Below are positions 1 through 11,379 of a stretch of DNA of 44,500 nucleotides, piece after piece; position 1 is the stretch's first letter; every line of letters starts with the position of its first letter. A program made the translations under genes and the position numbers. Source of the stretch: Bigelowiella natans CCMP2755 (lineage: Eukaryota > Protista > Cercozoa); the NCBI GenBank assembly GCA_000320545.1, contig ADNK01001589.1, positions 1-44,500 on the forward strand. The letters are read 5' to 3'. The notes under the pieces were generated by a model. The model made no database searches. It was not told where the DNA came from and worked only from the letters and a program-made list of their open reading frames with translations.

Positions 1-200
1 CCCTAACCCTAACCCTAACCCTAACCCTAACCCTAACCTAACCCTAACCCTAACCCTAACCCTAACCCTAACCCTAACCCTAACCCTAACCCTAACCCTA
101 AGCCTAACCCTAACCCTAACCCTAACCCTAACCCTAACCCTAACCCTAACCCTAACCCTAACCCTAACCCTAACCTACCCTAACCCTAACCCTAACCCTA
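1..200. repeat. Telomeric repeat array (CCCTAA)n = TTAGGG-type chromosome end
   Basis: Nearly perfect tandem CCCTAA from base 1 to ~200, with a few single-base variants. Confidence 0.98.
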
Positions 201-462
201 ATCTTGACCCTGACCCTAACCCTCGATCTTGACCCTGACCCTGACCCTGACCCAACCCTGAACCTGACCCCAGCCCTGACCCCAATCTTGACCCTGACCC
301 TGCTGGCCTGAACTCATCTCTGAACCTGACCCCAACCCCAACCCTAATTCCAACCCTGACCTCATCTCTGACCCTGACCCTTGCCCCAACTCAGACCCTG
401 CTGGCCTGACTCCATTTCAAACCCTGACCTCGCTGGCCTGACCCCAACACTGATTCTGACCC
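201..462. repeat. Degenerate telomere-variant repeats (CCCTGA, CCCCAA, interspersed GCTGGCCTGA units)
   Basis: Hexamer periodicity continues, but CCCTAA is mostly replaced by CCCTGA/CCCCAA; GCTGGCCTGA recurs at ~302, ~400 and ~432. Confidence 0.9.
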
Positions 463-1085
463 ATGTGTACCAGTGAACTGGCAAGTCAAAGGCAGGAATC
501 GAGGAGCACATTGTCGTGCACGTTGATGTGCACCACTGTGCGTTGTGTCCAACAGTTCAAACACTGCGAAGAGCGCACTGAACTTTTGATGTGTCTTTTG
601 TCAGCATCGTCATTGCCTGTGGAAGGTGATGCGAAGGATGGCACAACAAGCCAAGCTAGCAGCAAGGGCGCGCATGACGAGTGGCATGCTTGCATGAATT
701 TCTGCAAATGAGGTTTCACGGATGCAGTTCTTGTGGATGCATGCTGCATCAGGTGAGAGAGAGCTGTTGCGCTGTTCCTGCTCATTGCATCTAACGATCA
801 TTTCATTCGCACTGCAACATGCAATTTCGTCCACGTCCACGGGCGCAAATTGAGGTCATCATCGACAGCAAGTTGAGTGAAAGGGAAATGAATTGCGATT
901 CTTGCATTGAAATTGAATCGTTTCGTTTGCACAACTCTGGGACCCCCCTGTCAAATCACAAGGTGTTCAAATTGGCCTTGCATGGACGACAGTGCACACT
1001 GGTACCAGCAACACCCGTTGGTCTCAGCAATGAGTGCCACCGACACCCCTTTGACATGTGAAACTCATCCATCAACTTGATGGAC
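463..1085. other. Short TpA-depleted subtelomeric segment
   Basis: Only 4 TA dinucleotides by manual count (GTAC 467, CTAG 656, CTAA 791, GTAC 1002); rich in TG/CA; no microsatellites; the ORFs here contain no Tyr. Confidence 0.8.
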
Positions 1086-1648
1086 TCACAATCGCATCAA
1101 AGCCTTGCATGCAATCTGCAAGATGTCTAGATCGGGGTCCAAACTACGTCCAATTCCCTGAAAAAGTGAAAATGGAAAACTGCTGACAACTGTGCGATTT
1201 GATGCATGGAAGGGTGATGACGTCGATGAATGAATGAACACTTGACACTTAGCAATGTCTTGCAGTTTGTGTTTGATCGTAATCTATTGTGCATGCGTCC
1301 AATGTGCTTGTAGTTGCTGCTAAACATGATTTTTCATCAACACTCGACAACTTTCAACACCACCATGTTAGTTAGTAACAGCATGTTCTTCCAAGTAGCA
1401 GTACTACCTCAATAATGACAACAGCAAGAATGGTCGATGTAAATGCACTATCCAACTTGACATGGTGTCTTCTCGACAAGTCTAAAACCTGATAATTCAA
1501 CATTTCGTGTTAAAACCAAAAATGATCTATGTACGTATCAATTCAAGTTGCTTAGCTTCGGGCTCTAGAATTCACACATAATTAATATGTTACATAAAAT
1601 GCACTCAAGTTGTACACACACAACGCAATATACAAATTATACAAATAT

Positions 1649-1684
<36 letters not shown>

Positions 1685-1852
1685 GGTAGAAGGAAAGAGA
1701 AAATGAGAGAGAAAATGATGTTTTGCTGTCAGTTGCTCACTCTCTCTCTCTCTCGCAAGCAATTACTTCGGTTAAGAGAATGCCTACTTGAAGCTTCGAT
1801 AATTGAATATTTGTCCTAAATGCAGTATATATGCACACACAGACAAAAATTG

Positions 1853-1894
<42 letters not shown>

Positions 1895-2497
1895 CATATG
1901 TACAATAACGATTCAGTAATGTTATTTGGCTATTGTATTGATTATTATTATTCATTACTGGTACGCTCGTTGAACAAGCTTATCCATTTCTCGTGCATAT
2001 AAGTCAGGGTCTTTGCATTCCTACAAGTAGGTAAATAGTCATTCAACGAATGACATCAAACAACAGTTAACTGTGCTACTACTACTACCACTGCAAACTC
2101 ACTCTTCGACTCCTTTTTACGGTAGGCCCGACCTCTTTCTATTACATTTATACTACTACTACTACTACTAATACTCCTACTACTAGAACCTGATGGGGAG
2201 ATCTTTCCAAAATGAGCTGCCCAACTTTATAACCCTTTTACAGTAAGGGGGAAGGGGGAAGGGGGAGGAGGAGGAGGAGAATAAAAACAAACAAGGAAGC
2301 GGATGATAAATCATTTAGAAATTAACAAGAAGAAGGAATATCGAGGAAGAAACTGCCAAATTTGATGATGTTGTGACATGATTTTATTTCAAGCATTATT
2401 AAATGTGGAAACTGCTAGCAGGTAATAAGATGGGAGTTTTGAGTGCAGCAGTGTAATGCATATTATCAACAAAGATATAATGTAATATACTCACATC

Positions 2498-2539
<42 letters not shown>

Positions 2540-2548
2540 CGTGTTGAC

Positions 2549-2589
<41 letters not shown>

Positions 2590-2820
2590 AGTATAGTTTG
2601 TAAAGTGATAAAGTATGCATGTTGCATATTTTTGTTACTTGTCGCTGAACAACGGCTCTGAAGACATCTATGAAATTTGTCCAATCATCCCTACCTTTGT
2701 GTGTGTACAACAGCATTGAATAATGATAATGAGCAAAGGTATGTGTTGTTGTGGTAGTAGTAGTAGTTGTTGTTGTTTCTGCTACCCATCACGTACTAAT
2801 ATAATAATGTCCATCACGTA

Positions 2821-2854
<34 letters not shown>

Positions 2855-3098
2855 CATAATAACAAATAATGATAATAATTATTATAATAATATCTGGCGT
2901 GCTTTCTTTTAGCCAATACAATTATGAGAATAATCAATTTATCATCACTAATAATTATGCTTATCATATCGTTGATAGTGGTATTTGTAGTGGTGATGTT
3001 ACTGATCCTGGTAATAATAAATGCGATCATGATCAAGAAGCATTTTATGTTGTTCTTCTTTTTTCGTGTACTCAAATTCTTCTTATTGCTGTTGTTGC

Positions 3099-3132
<34 letters not shown>

Positions 3133-3940
3133 GTGGTGGGTGGTGGTGGTAGTACTAAGTTCAGTGACGATTCCTGCATCCAGAAATGTGAGACGAGGAT
3201 GATGATGATGATGATGATGAGGAGGAGGAGGAGTAGCTTGCGGATGATCATGCAACCTTGGGTGGTAAATGAATTGGCGCCTTAGTGATAAACACATCGT
3301 GATACTACTTCTACAAGATTTCGAGGCGGTATTAACGTATGACGATGCATCTATGTCACGATAACGATGGAAATGATGATGATGATGATGATGCATTCAT
3401 CTAAACTGCTGATGATCATCGTTAATGACTTCTTTTGTCATTGTCTCCATCATCATTCTCATCATTGTCATCGTCAGTATCATTATCATCATTATCATCA
3501 TGACCTCTTACTTATCACCTTTTGATGGATTCGTCGTCATCGTCGTCGGTATTTTGATTGTTGTTAAACCATAATGCTGCCTTTGTGGAAAGCACGATAA
3601 GTCATTCTTCTTCTTCTTCTTCTTCTTCTTCTTCTTCTTCTTCTTTTGTTAAGAGAACGACATTATGCAATGACTTTTCTCTCTATCTACCTCACTACTA
3701 CTATCAGAAACACACGCCATTACTTACTTTACACATGGACTACTACACAACCACATGTTTAACCCCCCCCCCCCTCCTTCCTCCTTCTTCCTGCTGCATG
3801 TTTGTTGTCGATATTCTTCTTTATTATTGTAAACGAGGAAAAAGTGATAAGTGCTGTTGCTGCTCTATTATTCACTGCTACCACCACTTCCACTACTACT
3901 ATTACTACTACTGACCCGAGCTACTGCTGCTCGTAATGGC

Positions 3941-3971
<31 letters not shown>

Positions 3972-5312
3972 CTGATGAGAGAGTGCCACTGGCAAATGAT
4001 GTGATTTTGTCGAGGAGGAGGAGTAGCCAAGTTGGGCGATGATGATTTGACGATAAAGTAGTAGGAGTAGTAGTAGTAGTAGTAGGAGGAGGAAATGAGA
4101 TCAGAATGTTGCCAGGATGTAGATCTCCGTGTGTAAAGTTATCTTCAAACAACATCTATGTAGTAGTAGTAAATATAACAAATAGAACGACGGGATTAGA
4201 AGAAAAGTGATGGTGGTGCTGCTGTTGATAGTGATGGAATGAAGGATATACACCTCGACGACATGGCGCCGCCACCATCATCATCACCAAATTAATAATA
4301 ATAATGATAATAATTGTACTACAACCTTGATGAACGTTGAGCATCCAACTTGGGCTATGTACTTGCGGTTATCTTGTGACAAGAACGAAGAGATTATCAA
4401 ATTTCTTTCTTCTTCTCCCATACAACTGCTTGCCATCAACGGTGATAACGACGACGATGATGATGATGATGACGTTGTTGGGGATGACGACGAAGAAGAC
4501 ATATATAAATCATGAAAAACTCTTCCGTCCTTATTATTTTTGCAGACTTCGTCTCCCTCATTGATGGCACTTCTTCCATCATTATGAAGATTAGGCTTTA
4601 TTCGTCGTCGTCGTATGTGAGAAAGGCACTCAGCGAGGGTTAAACCTTACATGGAAGAAGAAGAAGAAGACACGGCGACGACGATGAGCAAAAAACAGCA
4701 TTTATGAAGAGAAACATCCTTCAACTACTCAAGGCTGATATAGTATTAATGATATTACTACTACTATTACAACCACTACTATCATCAATCATTGGTTAAA
4801 CAAGAAGATACTTGGCTGAATGAGGCATGCATGCATCCAGAAGTATATTAATAAAAGAAGAGGAAAATCTATAATTGTATATCAGAATGTGTGTAGTAGT
4901 TGGTAGTTTTATAATCCCTGTAAGTAAGTAGCTGTTGATTTATTCATTGCAACTATCTATTCGTCAGAAAAATACCCTTTACTATTACCACCGCAAAGAT
5001 GATGATGATAACAACTGCTAATGTATGTACTACTGGATTGCTGCTTTATTACCATGCTCATAAGTCTCAACAAGAACATCGGTACTGCAAAACTTTGAAA
5101 TAGGTTTTGGGAAATAAACACTTGTTGCATCGTCTCTATCATTTATCTTAAAGTTTTTCCTGAATGCACGAAGGTTACGAGCCTCAACGCGTAAATCCAA
5201 CTGAGAAATGAGAATTAAAATGACACATCAATCATCATCGACATAGCAGCGGTTTACTACCAAAAATTAGGAAAATTCAGCAACTTCTCCAACATTCACA
5301 GCACCTCAGACG

Positions 5313-5354
<42 letters not shown>

Positions 5355-6043
5355 ATAGCAGATATATGCATTTTGAAGTTCTATATCTCTAGCAACTATT
5401 AATTTCCTATATAAAAATACTTTGTCCTTATAATATTTTGGATTATATTTACTGCTTCTTCAAAATCAAACCGTTTATTAGTTTCTAATCTATAATCCAT
5501 AGTTAGGTTTTAACTATCATATTACTTTACTACTACTACTACTACAGCTACTTACTACTACTACTTCTACTACTACTACTTCTACTACTACTACTACTAC
5601 GACTACTACTACCTGTTTTTCCATCAGACGTTCAAACTCTCGTACATGTTCCCTCAGTGATAGCCAATGTGCTCCTGGAATTATAGTATCCTGAAACAGG
5701 AGGCAGACAGAGAAAGAAAGAACAGATGGTGTGTGACATTAATAATTAATAAATATGTGTTTGTAAATGATGGTCATTGATCATGTATCAGTAAACAATT
5801 AGTAAGATCTCATTTCATTGCTTCTTTCAAAATAAATGTTGATCATCATCATTGAAATAGTAGTCTCGACTTTATTAACTTTTCTCATGATCATTCCAGA
5901 ACGACAAATTAAACAATATGAATATTACATATATAAATTGCCAGTTAACTATTCTTGTCTGGCATGTACATGGTTGATCATTCGATAGAATCTAGAGGAG
6001 AAGTGTAGCTGGCACATAAATACTTCTTTCATCTTCTCAATAT

Positions 6044-6078
<35 letters not shown>

Positions 6079-7015
6079 GTAGTACCGCAATAAAAGCTAC
6101 GCACTGAATCCACTTAAGATCGTTCTTAATCTTCTGGTGGATACCTGGATGCAAAACCTATGTGTATGTGTAGTGTTATGTAAGTAAGTGAGTAAGTAAG
6201 CAAATAATAGCACCGGTCTACTTGCTACAGCATGAAAGTAGTAGTTCTTTAGAAATGCTGGTGGTAGACATAAACACGGCAGAATAACTGAAACTTTCGT
6301 CATCATCTTGTGCAAATCCTACGACGATCTGGATTCTCTCCCGTCCAAGGTTATAAATCGATATTGTTGCAATATTTGGATCATCATCATCCTCATTATC
6401 GTCATCCTCATCATCGTTATCATCATCCTCATCATCATGAAAATAAATCTCATTCTAGTGGTAGGAGATCCATCTTGATCGATCTCCACCAAAAGCATAT
6501 TCACCTTAACAGCGACTGGGGTGCCATCAATTCTAAGTTTGGCTTTGTAAACTTGCCCAATGCATCTGGTAGTGGTTGTTTTCCCGCAAGTAGCAGCAGC
6601 AGCAGCAGCGGTACATTAATCAATGGAGATGATAGTAGCAGTAGTAGTCGTAGCAGTGGTAGTGAGAAAATTAGGGAAGAGAAAGATTATTCTGCCATAT
6701 GGATGTTACTGTATTACTACTAAGGGGGGAAATAGTTTTCATCGTTATCATGATCATCAACATCATGTGATAATAACAAGTACTAGTATCAACCCGTGAT
6801 CCTATGGGAAGGTATGAAAAAATTAGTACTAGTATCAACCCTGATCCTATGGGAGAGCAATAACTGTTTTTCTCATCGTCATCATCATCATCATCGTCCA
6901 AGTCAACGATCAAGTGAGACTTCCACTCAGGCATTACTCTATTCAAAATATTTCTGTACCACCAGAACAACAACATCATTCAAAACAACATCATCGATGA
7001 TTATTCACACGCATT

Positions 7016-7057
<42 letters not shown>

Positions 7058-7917
7058 ACGGTTATCTTTTTCTAATATCACGTACTTATACGTGTATCTA
7101 TGTAATATGTGTCTGTGTATTATTGCGTGCAGAAGCATATCTTCAGTCGATACTACTAAAATATATGATTGCATGGTTTGTCGTAAACATCATCGTATTC
7201 CTTCATTCACCATCCTGATCTAATCATTGGGTTTCTTCCTTCCCTCCCAGATAATAGTAACCTCACCATTATCATCATTATTTCATTGCTATGACCGACT
7301 GACTGAATGACTGACTGACTGACTACCTTGTTTCCTCCCAAGAGTGCGGTGTTGCACGAGTGTGTAAGTGTGAGAAAATCTCACAAAACTGTTGACTAAA
7401 TATATCACGTCTGCAGCAACAAGAAAAGATAGATGCTTTTAGAACGAATGTGTGTTAGTGCAGTACGTACTAGGAGTAAGAACAGAAAAATACAACTCTT
7501 CCTGCCACTTTAATACTATATGTAAACAATTTGATATTATTTCTGCTCCTCCTCCCACTCCTATTTCTACTACTACTACTACTACTACTACCACATATGC
7601 TTATGCTATACTTATAGAGTAGTTACCGTGTAGCAGCCCATTGGTATAGTTTTACTACAGTAGGACCGGACACTGATACCGATTGAAAGTACCATTTCCT
7701 AAATAATTTAAAATCATAATGCCCAACCCCCACCACCACCATTGATGGAATGGATCAGTTGGTGATAGCTAGTATTCTCTTTCTGTGGATCGATTTTCTT
7801 ATCTGATTTACTACCACCACATGCCCTCATACGACTCTAAGAAATATATCATTAATGGGTAGCTCAACATGACTGGGCCAAAACATCCAAAGAGCCAAAT
7901 CCCTATGAAAATATAAT

Positions 7918-7952
<35 letters not shown>

Positions 7953-8738
7953 TCATATTTTCTCATTTGTTTTCATCTGTGTCGGAAAGTAGACACATGA
8001 AAGGATGTTGCCAGTAGACAATCAAGCTTGATAATATACTTACTTAGAAAGCAGAATAAGGAAAGAATAAATACATCGCCATTGTGAATGTATCTGCATG
8101 TATAATGATGACGGGTGGAAGACGGCACGCACTGTTAGATACCCACCCCGACTGACGAAATTGAAAAAATCGTAAAATCCGAAAAGAACAACACTAACGA
8201 TCCCCTGCCGCCGGTCCAGCTGCATTATGCGCGCATCTGGAGGAGCTGATTCCTCGTCAGCAGCAGCAACCTTACATTGATAATAATGATTATTAAGTGA
8301 TGTGTCTGCGGCGGGATTGTAATAGCAAGAATGATAATGATGATGATAATGATTGTGAAATGAAAACGATAACGATGATGATACCGATGCTACCACTTGT
8401 GCTCCCACTAGGAAAGTGGTGGTAAGGTGGTGATTATTGGTGCAAGTAGTAATTAAGTGCATTGCATCATGTGTGCAGCTTCTCATACATGTCTCAACTT
8501 TTGGTACCTTTTCATAGATCTTTAGCGTGGGAGGCTGCACAATTACTGCCATTCTTGAAGAAGACAAGAAAGTCGTGACACCATAGCAGCAAAATGCGCC
8601 AGCTGTAACTGCAACAAGTCTCAACCTCGATAGCGACGACGACGATGATAGTGATGAGAACCTTCGTAGCTTCGCACGAGGTCCTCGTAAACGCAAAAAT
8701 GCAGCAACGCTCCGAGTACTATAAGCCAGCTTCGTCAT
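1086..8738 (-). CDS. ABC1/UbiB-family atypical kinase, ADCK2-like (multi-exon)
   Basis: GT-AG exons read in order on the - strand: SGPTVVKLYQWAATR (~7630-7700), RDIFSQQFCEIFSHLH (~7330-7410), PIGSG/CIGQVYKAKL..VAVK (~6850/6510-6565), VLHPGI (~6150), LDLRVEARNLRAFRKNF...VLVETYE (~5055-5200), FEDNFTHGDLHPGNILI (~4100-4155), FLDAGIVTELS (~3155-3190), NFIDVFRAV (~2660), HHVKLDSAFTSTILAVVIIE (~1410-1488), GIGRSLDPDLDILQIA (1086-1157). The Arg/Ser-rich N-terminus resembles a mitochondrial leader. The 3' end could alternatively splice at GTGAGT next to the stop. Confidence 0.9.
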
Positions 8739-9729
8739 AGGTTTGGGACACTACTACTATGTGGTAAGCAGAGTAGTTTCTAGTCTGTGGTGTCGTGTTG
8801 ATCGATTGACGATCTGGAGCTTTGGTGACTGACTAGAGTACTTCAAGTGTGTGCTGCTCGTAATGGGCTAAGAGAACCCGTAGAGCGTTGATTCGATTTG
8901 CAGATTGTTGATGATTTGCCTGGTGGGCCCTACAGGCTCATCATTGCAATGTGTACTTGTAAAGTTAGAGTACACGGAGGAGGAGTCAAAGAGAGAGGAG
9001 AGATTTCTTCTTTCTCTGTTCGATTCGTACCAACACCGCTTTTTTATTTATTTATTTTATTTCATTACATGTGCTCATGACGTGCGAGTACATGTACTTT
9101 CTTTGGGTAGTAGTATGCGTACCTAGATCCGACGATAATTGAACCAGTTTTTTGTTTGGAAAACTTCTTGGAAGTATTTACTATTCCATCAGATCTTTTT
9201 GTTCTAGATGTTTTGTGGGAAAAGAATTCAAAATGTGGAAGGAGATTTGAGGCACGAACACTTACATCTCACTTTCTTCTGAGCGACGTGAACGAGCAAG
9301 AATTGGCGGGAAAACCTACCCCGAGGAATTCTAATATGTGATTATTATTTTATCGGTAGCTATGGACATGCAACTCTGATTGACTCGTCAGATGACGATT
9401 TAGATAATTTCTTCAACATAGAATCTTGGACAAGGAAGATGAGATAGTCACAATTATGAAAACGAAATTTTAATTTGTTTCCAAAATTGTTCGGCTTCCG
9501 CAAAAGAAAGAATATCCGTGGTTTTGGACTGGAGAGAGGGAAGGCGTATGTTTTTTTAATGAGTGATTTTGGTACAAAATGCTTGATATTCGGTACGACA
9601 CTCGAGAGAAATTAAGACACAAACGTGCGCATTTAGGAAAGCGAACCAACACGAATCGCACACTCCCACCCCCTCTTTTCATCATCTCTCCACTGCTCTG
9701 GCTGTTTCATCCATTAACGCCATTTCTCG

Positions 9730-10824
9730 ATGTCCTCCTCGTCACATCACCACCCTGCCATCAACCACGGAGGCGCAGCGGTAGGTGGTTTGGGGGGAGG
9801 AAGAAACACTGGTGCCCACCGCAATTTCGACAGTAAAAAACAACAGCAAGACCCATATGGATCGAAGGCGTCATCAAAGGCAACAGCTAGTCATTCTCAG
9901 CCTCAACCTTTTCAAAATGTTCCTCCTCAAATTGCATATGGATGGTTTTGTCCTCATCCGCCCCCATATGGCCCTTACTTTTGGCCTTGCATACCTGCGG
10001 GGTTAGCAACACACCACCCTTATTTATATACTTTTTTAAAATTTTCAAAATAGTAAAGTACTCGAAGGATCTGCTGGAAGATTTATTTCTAATGTGTTGT
10101 GAACTATACGCTTCTCGATTGTTTTACTCAGAATACGTTGTTTATTTAGATATACTTTGGTTCCAACAACACAAAAGAGCATCGTAAAAAATGCGATGAG
10201 CTCGTCCAACATATCCTCGACACAAAGTAACACGGCAGAGTTCACCAAGCCAGTTTCAACACTTCAACCTAGAACAGCTCCGAATACTGTAAGCATAGAA
10301 TCAGTGAGTCAAAACCAGGAGGCGATAGGGACGCCAATAGCAGTTCCAGCGACTAACATCGCCTATTTTCCATCAATGGTACGCGAAATAATTCCTACTT
10401 AAGAGATATACTGAAACTGTTCTATTGAATCAGGCATCAAGAACAGCTATGTCTGTTAAGAGAAATAAGCCTGCCACAGAAGGTGCAAGATTTTCATACA
10501 CCCACAAGTCAACACACGTGCACACACACGCACACATACACACACATTCATTAATGTATACTTTATTATATATTTACGTTTTCTAATCAACCCGTCGCAC
10601 CGCTTTCTATTTTTTTTTCTCTTGAATAGAACCGTGCAAAAAACTGAAATAATTAGAATGCCCCCCAAAAAAAAATTGGGTTTATTTAGAAGCCTCCTAA
10701 TTAGAAGGAAAAACATATATTTCAGAATTAGTGGTCGCACCGTTCGACCCGTTCGATTAAAAATAAATTATTTTTTAGAAAGCGGTGCGACGGGTCAATT
10801 AAAATGTATATGGATACATGTATG

Positions 10825-10877
<53 letters not shown>

Positions 10878-10952
10878 TATGTATTTACACATATATATAC
10901 ATATATAATTTTCATATATTACATTTTGTACACTTTTGTGCATTTACTTGTC

Positions 10953-10985
<33 letters not shown>

Positions 10986-11128
10986 TGTTTCATGCGTGTT
11001 TCATGCGTATCACTGGTGTGAATGTTCTATTACAATTTTCAGTATCACGGAGGAATGTAAAGAGAAAAGTCGACAAAAATCCCCCCATCGCAGCAGCTCG
11101 TACCCTTGGCAGTGTGCCACAAAGCTGA
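9730..11128 (+). CDS. Hypothetical low-complexity protein, 4 exons; possibly the 5' part of the downstream nucleotidyltransferase gene
   Basis: Exons 9730-10001, 10150-10378, 10434-10482 and 11043-11128 join in frame through GT-AG introns (phases 2,0,1). No recognisable domain. Confidence 0.55.
10577..10806. mobile_element. MITE-like element (~230 bp) with terminal inverted repeats and TA flanks (Tc1/mariner/pogo-like), intronic
   Basis: Perfect 20-bp inverted repeat ACCCGTCGCACCGCTTTCTA (10590-10609) / TAGAAAGCGGTGCGACGGGT (10776-10795), extending imperfectly to TA dinucleotides at 10575-76 and 10807-08; internal GTCGCACCG copy at ~10734. Confidence 0.7.
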
Positions 11129-11379
11129 AAAGAAGAATCCATTGATTTGTAACTAATGTCTTCAAGATTCTATGTTTGAGCTGAAATGTCAAAATCAGTC
11201 AGCACTCCAACCGCACACAGCAGTATTTCACCCTGTGCTACCTCAAGCACCTACTAAGCACCTGCTGACCCCTTGTCCACACGTAATCATTTGTGCAAAA
11301 AGTTGTGGAGGCGCTCGCCTAGGCAAATTTTCATTTTTCCTTCTGTCAGAGAGCCTGAACCGCTACTTGCGTGTAGCTA

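Noticed and set aside
8860-9450. Possible small spliced gene between the divergent ADCK2-like and orphan genes
   Set aside because: There are exon-like fragments, but I could not build a consistent start and splice path or recognise any homology.
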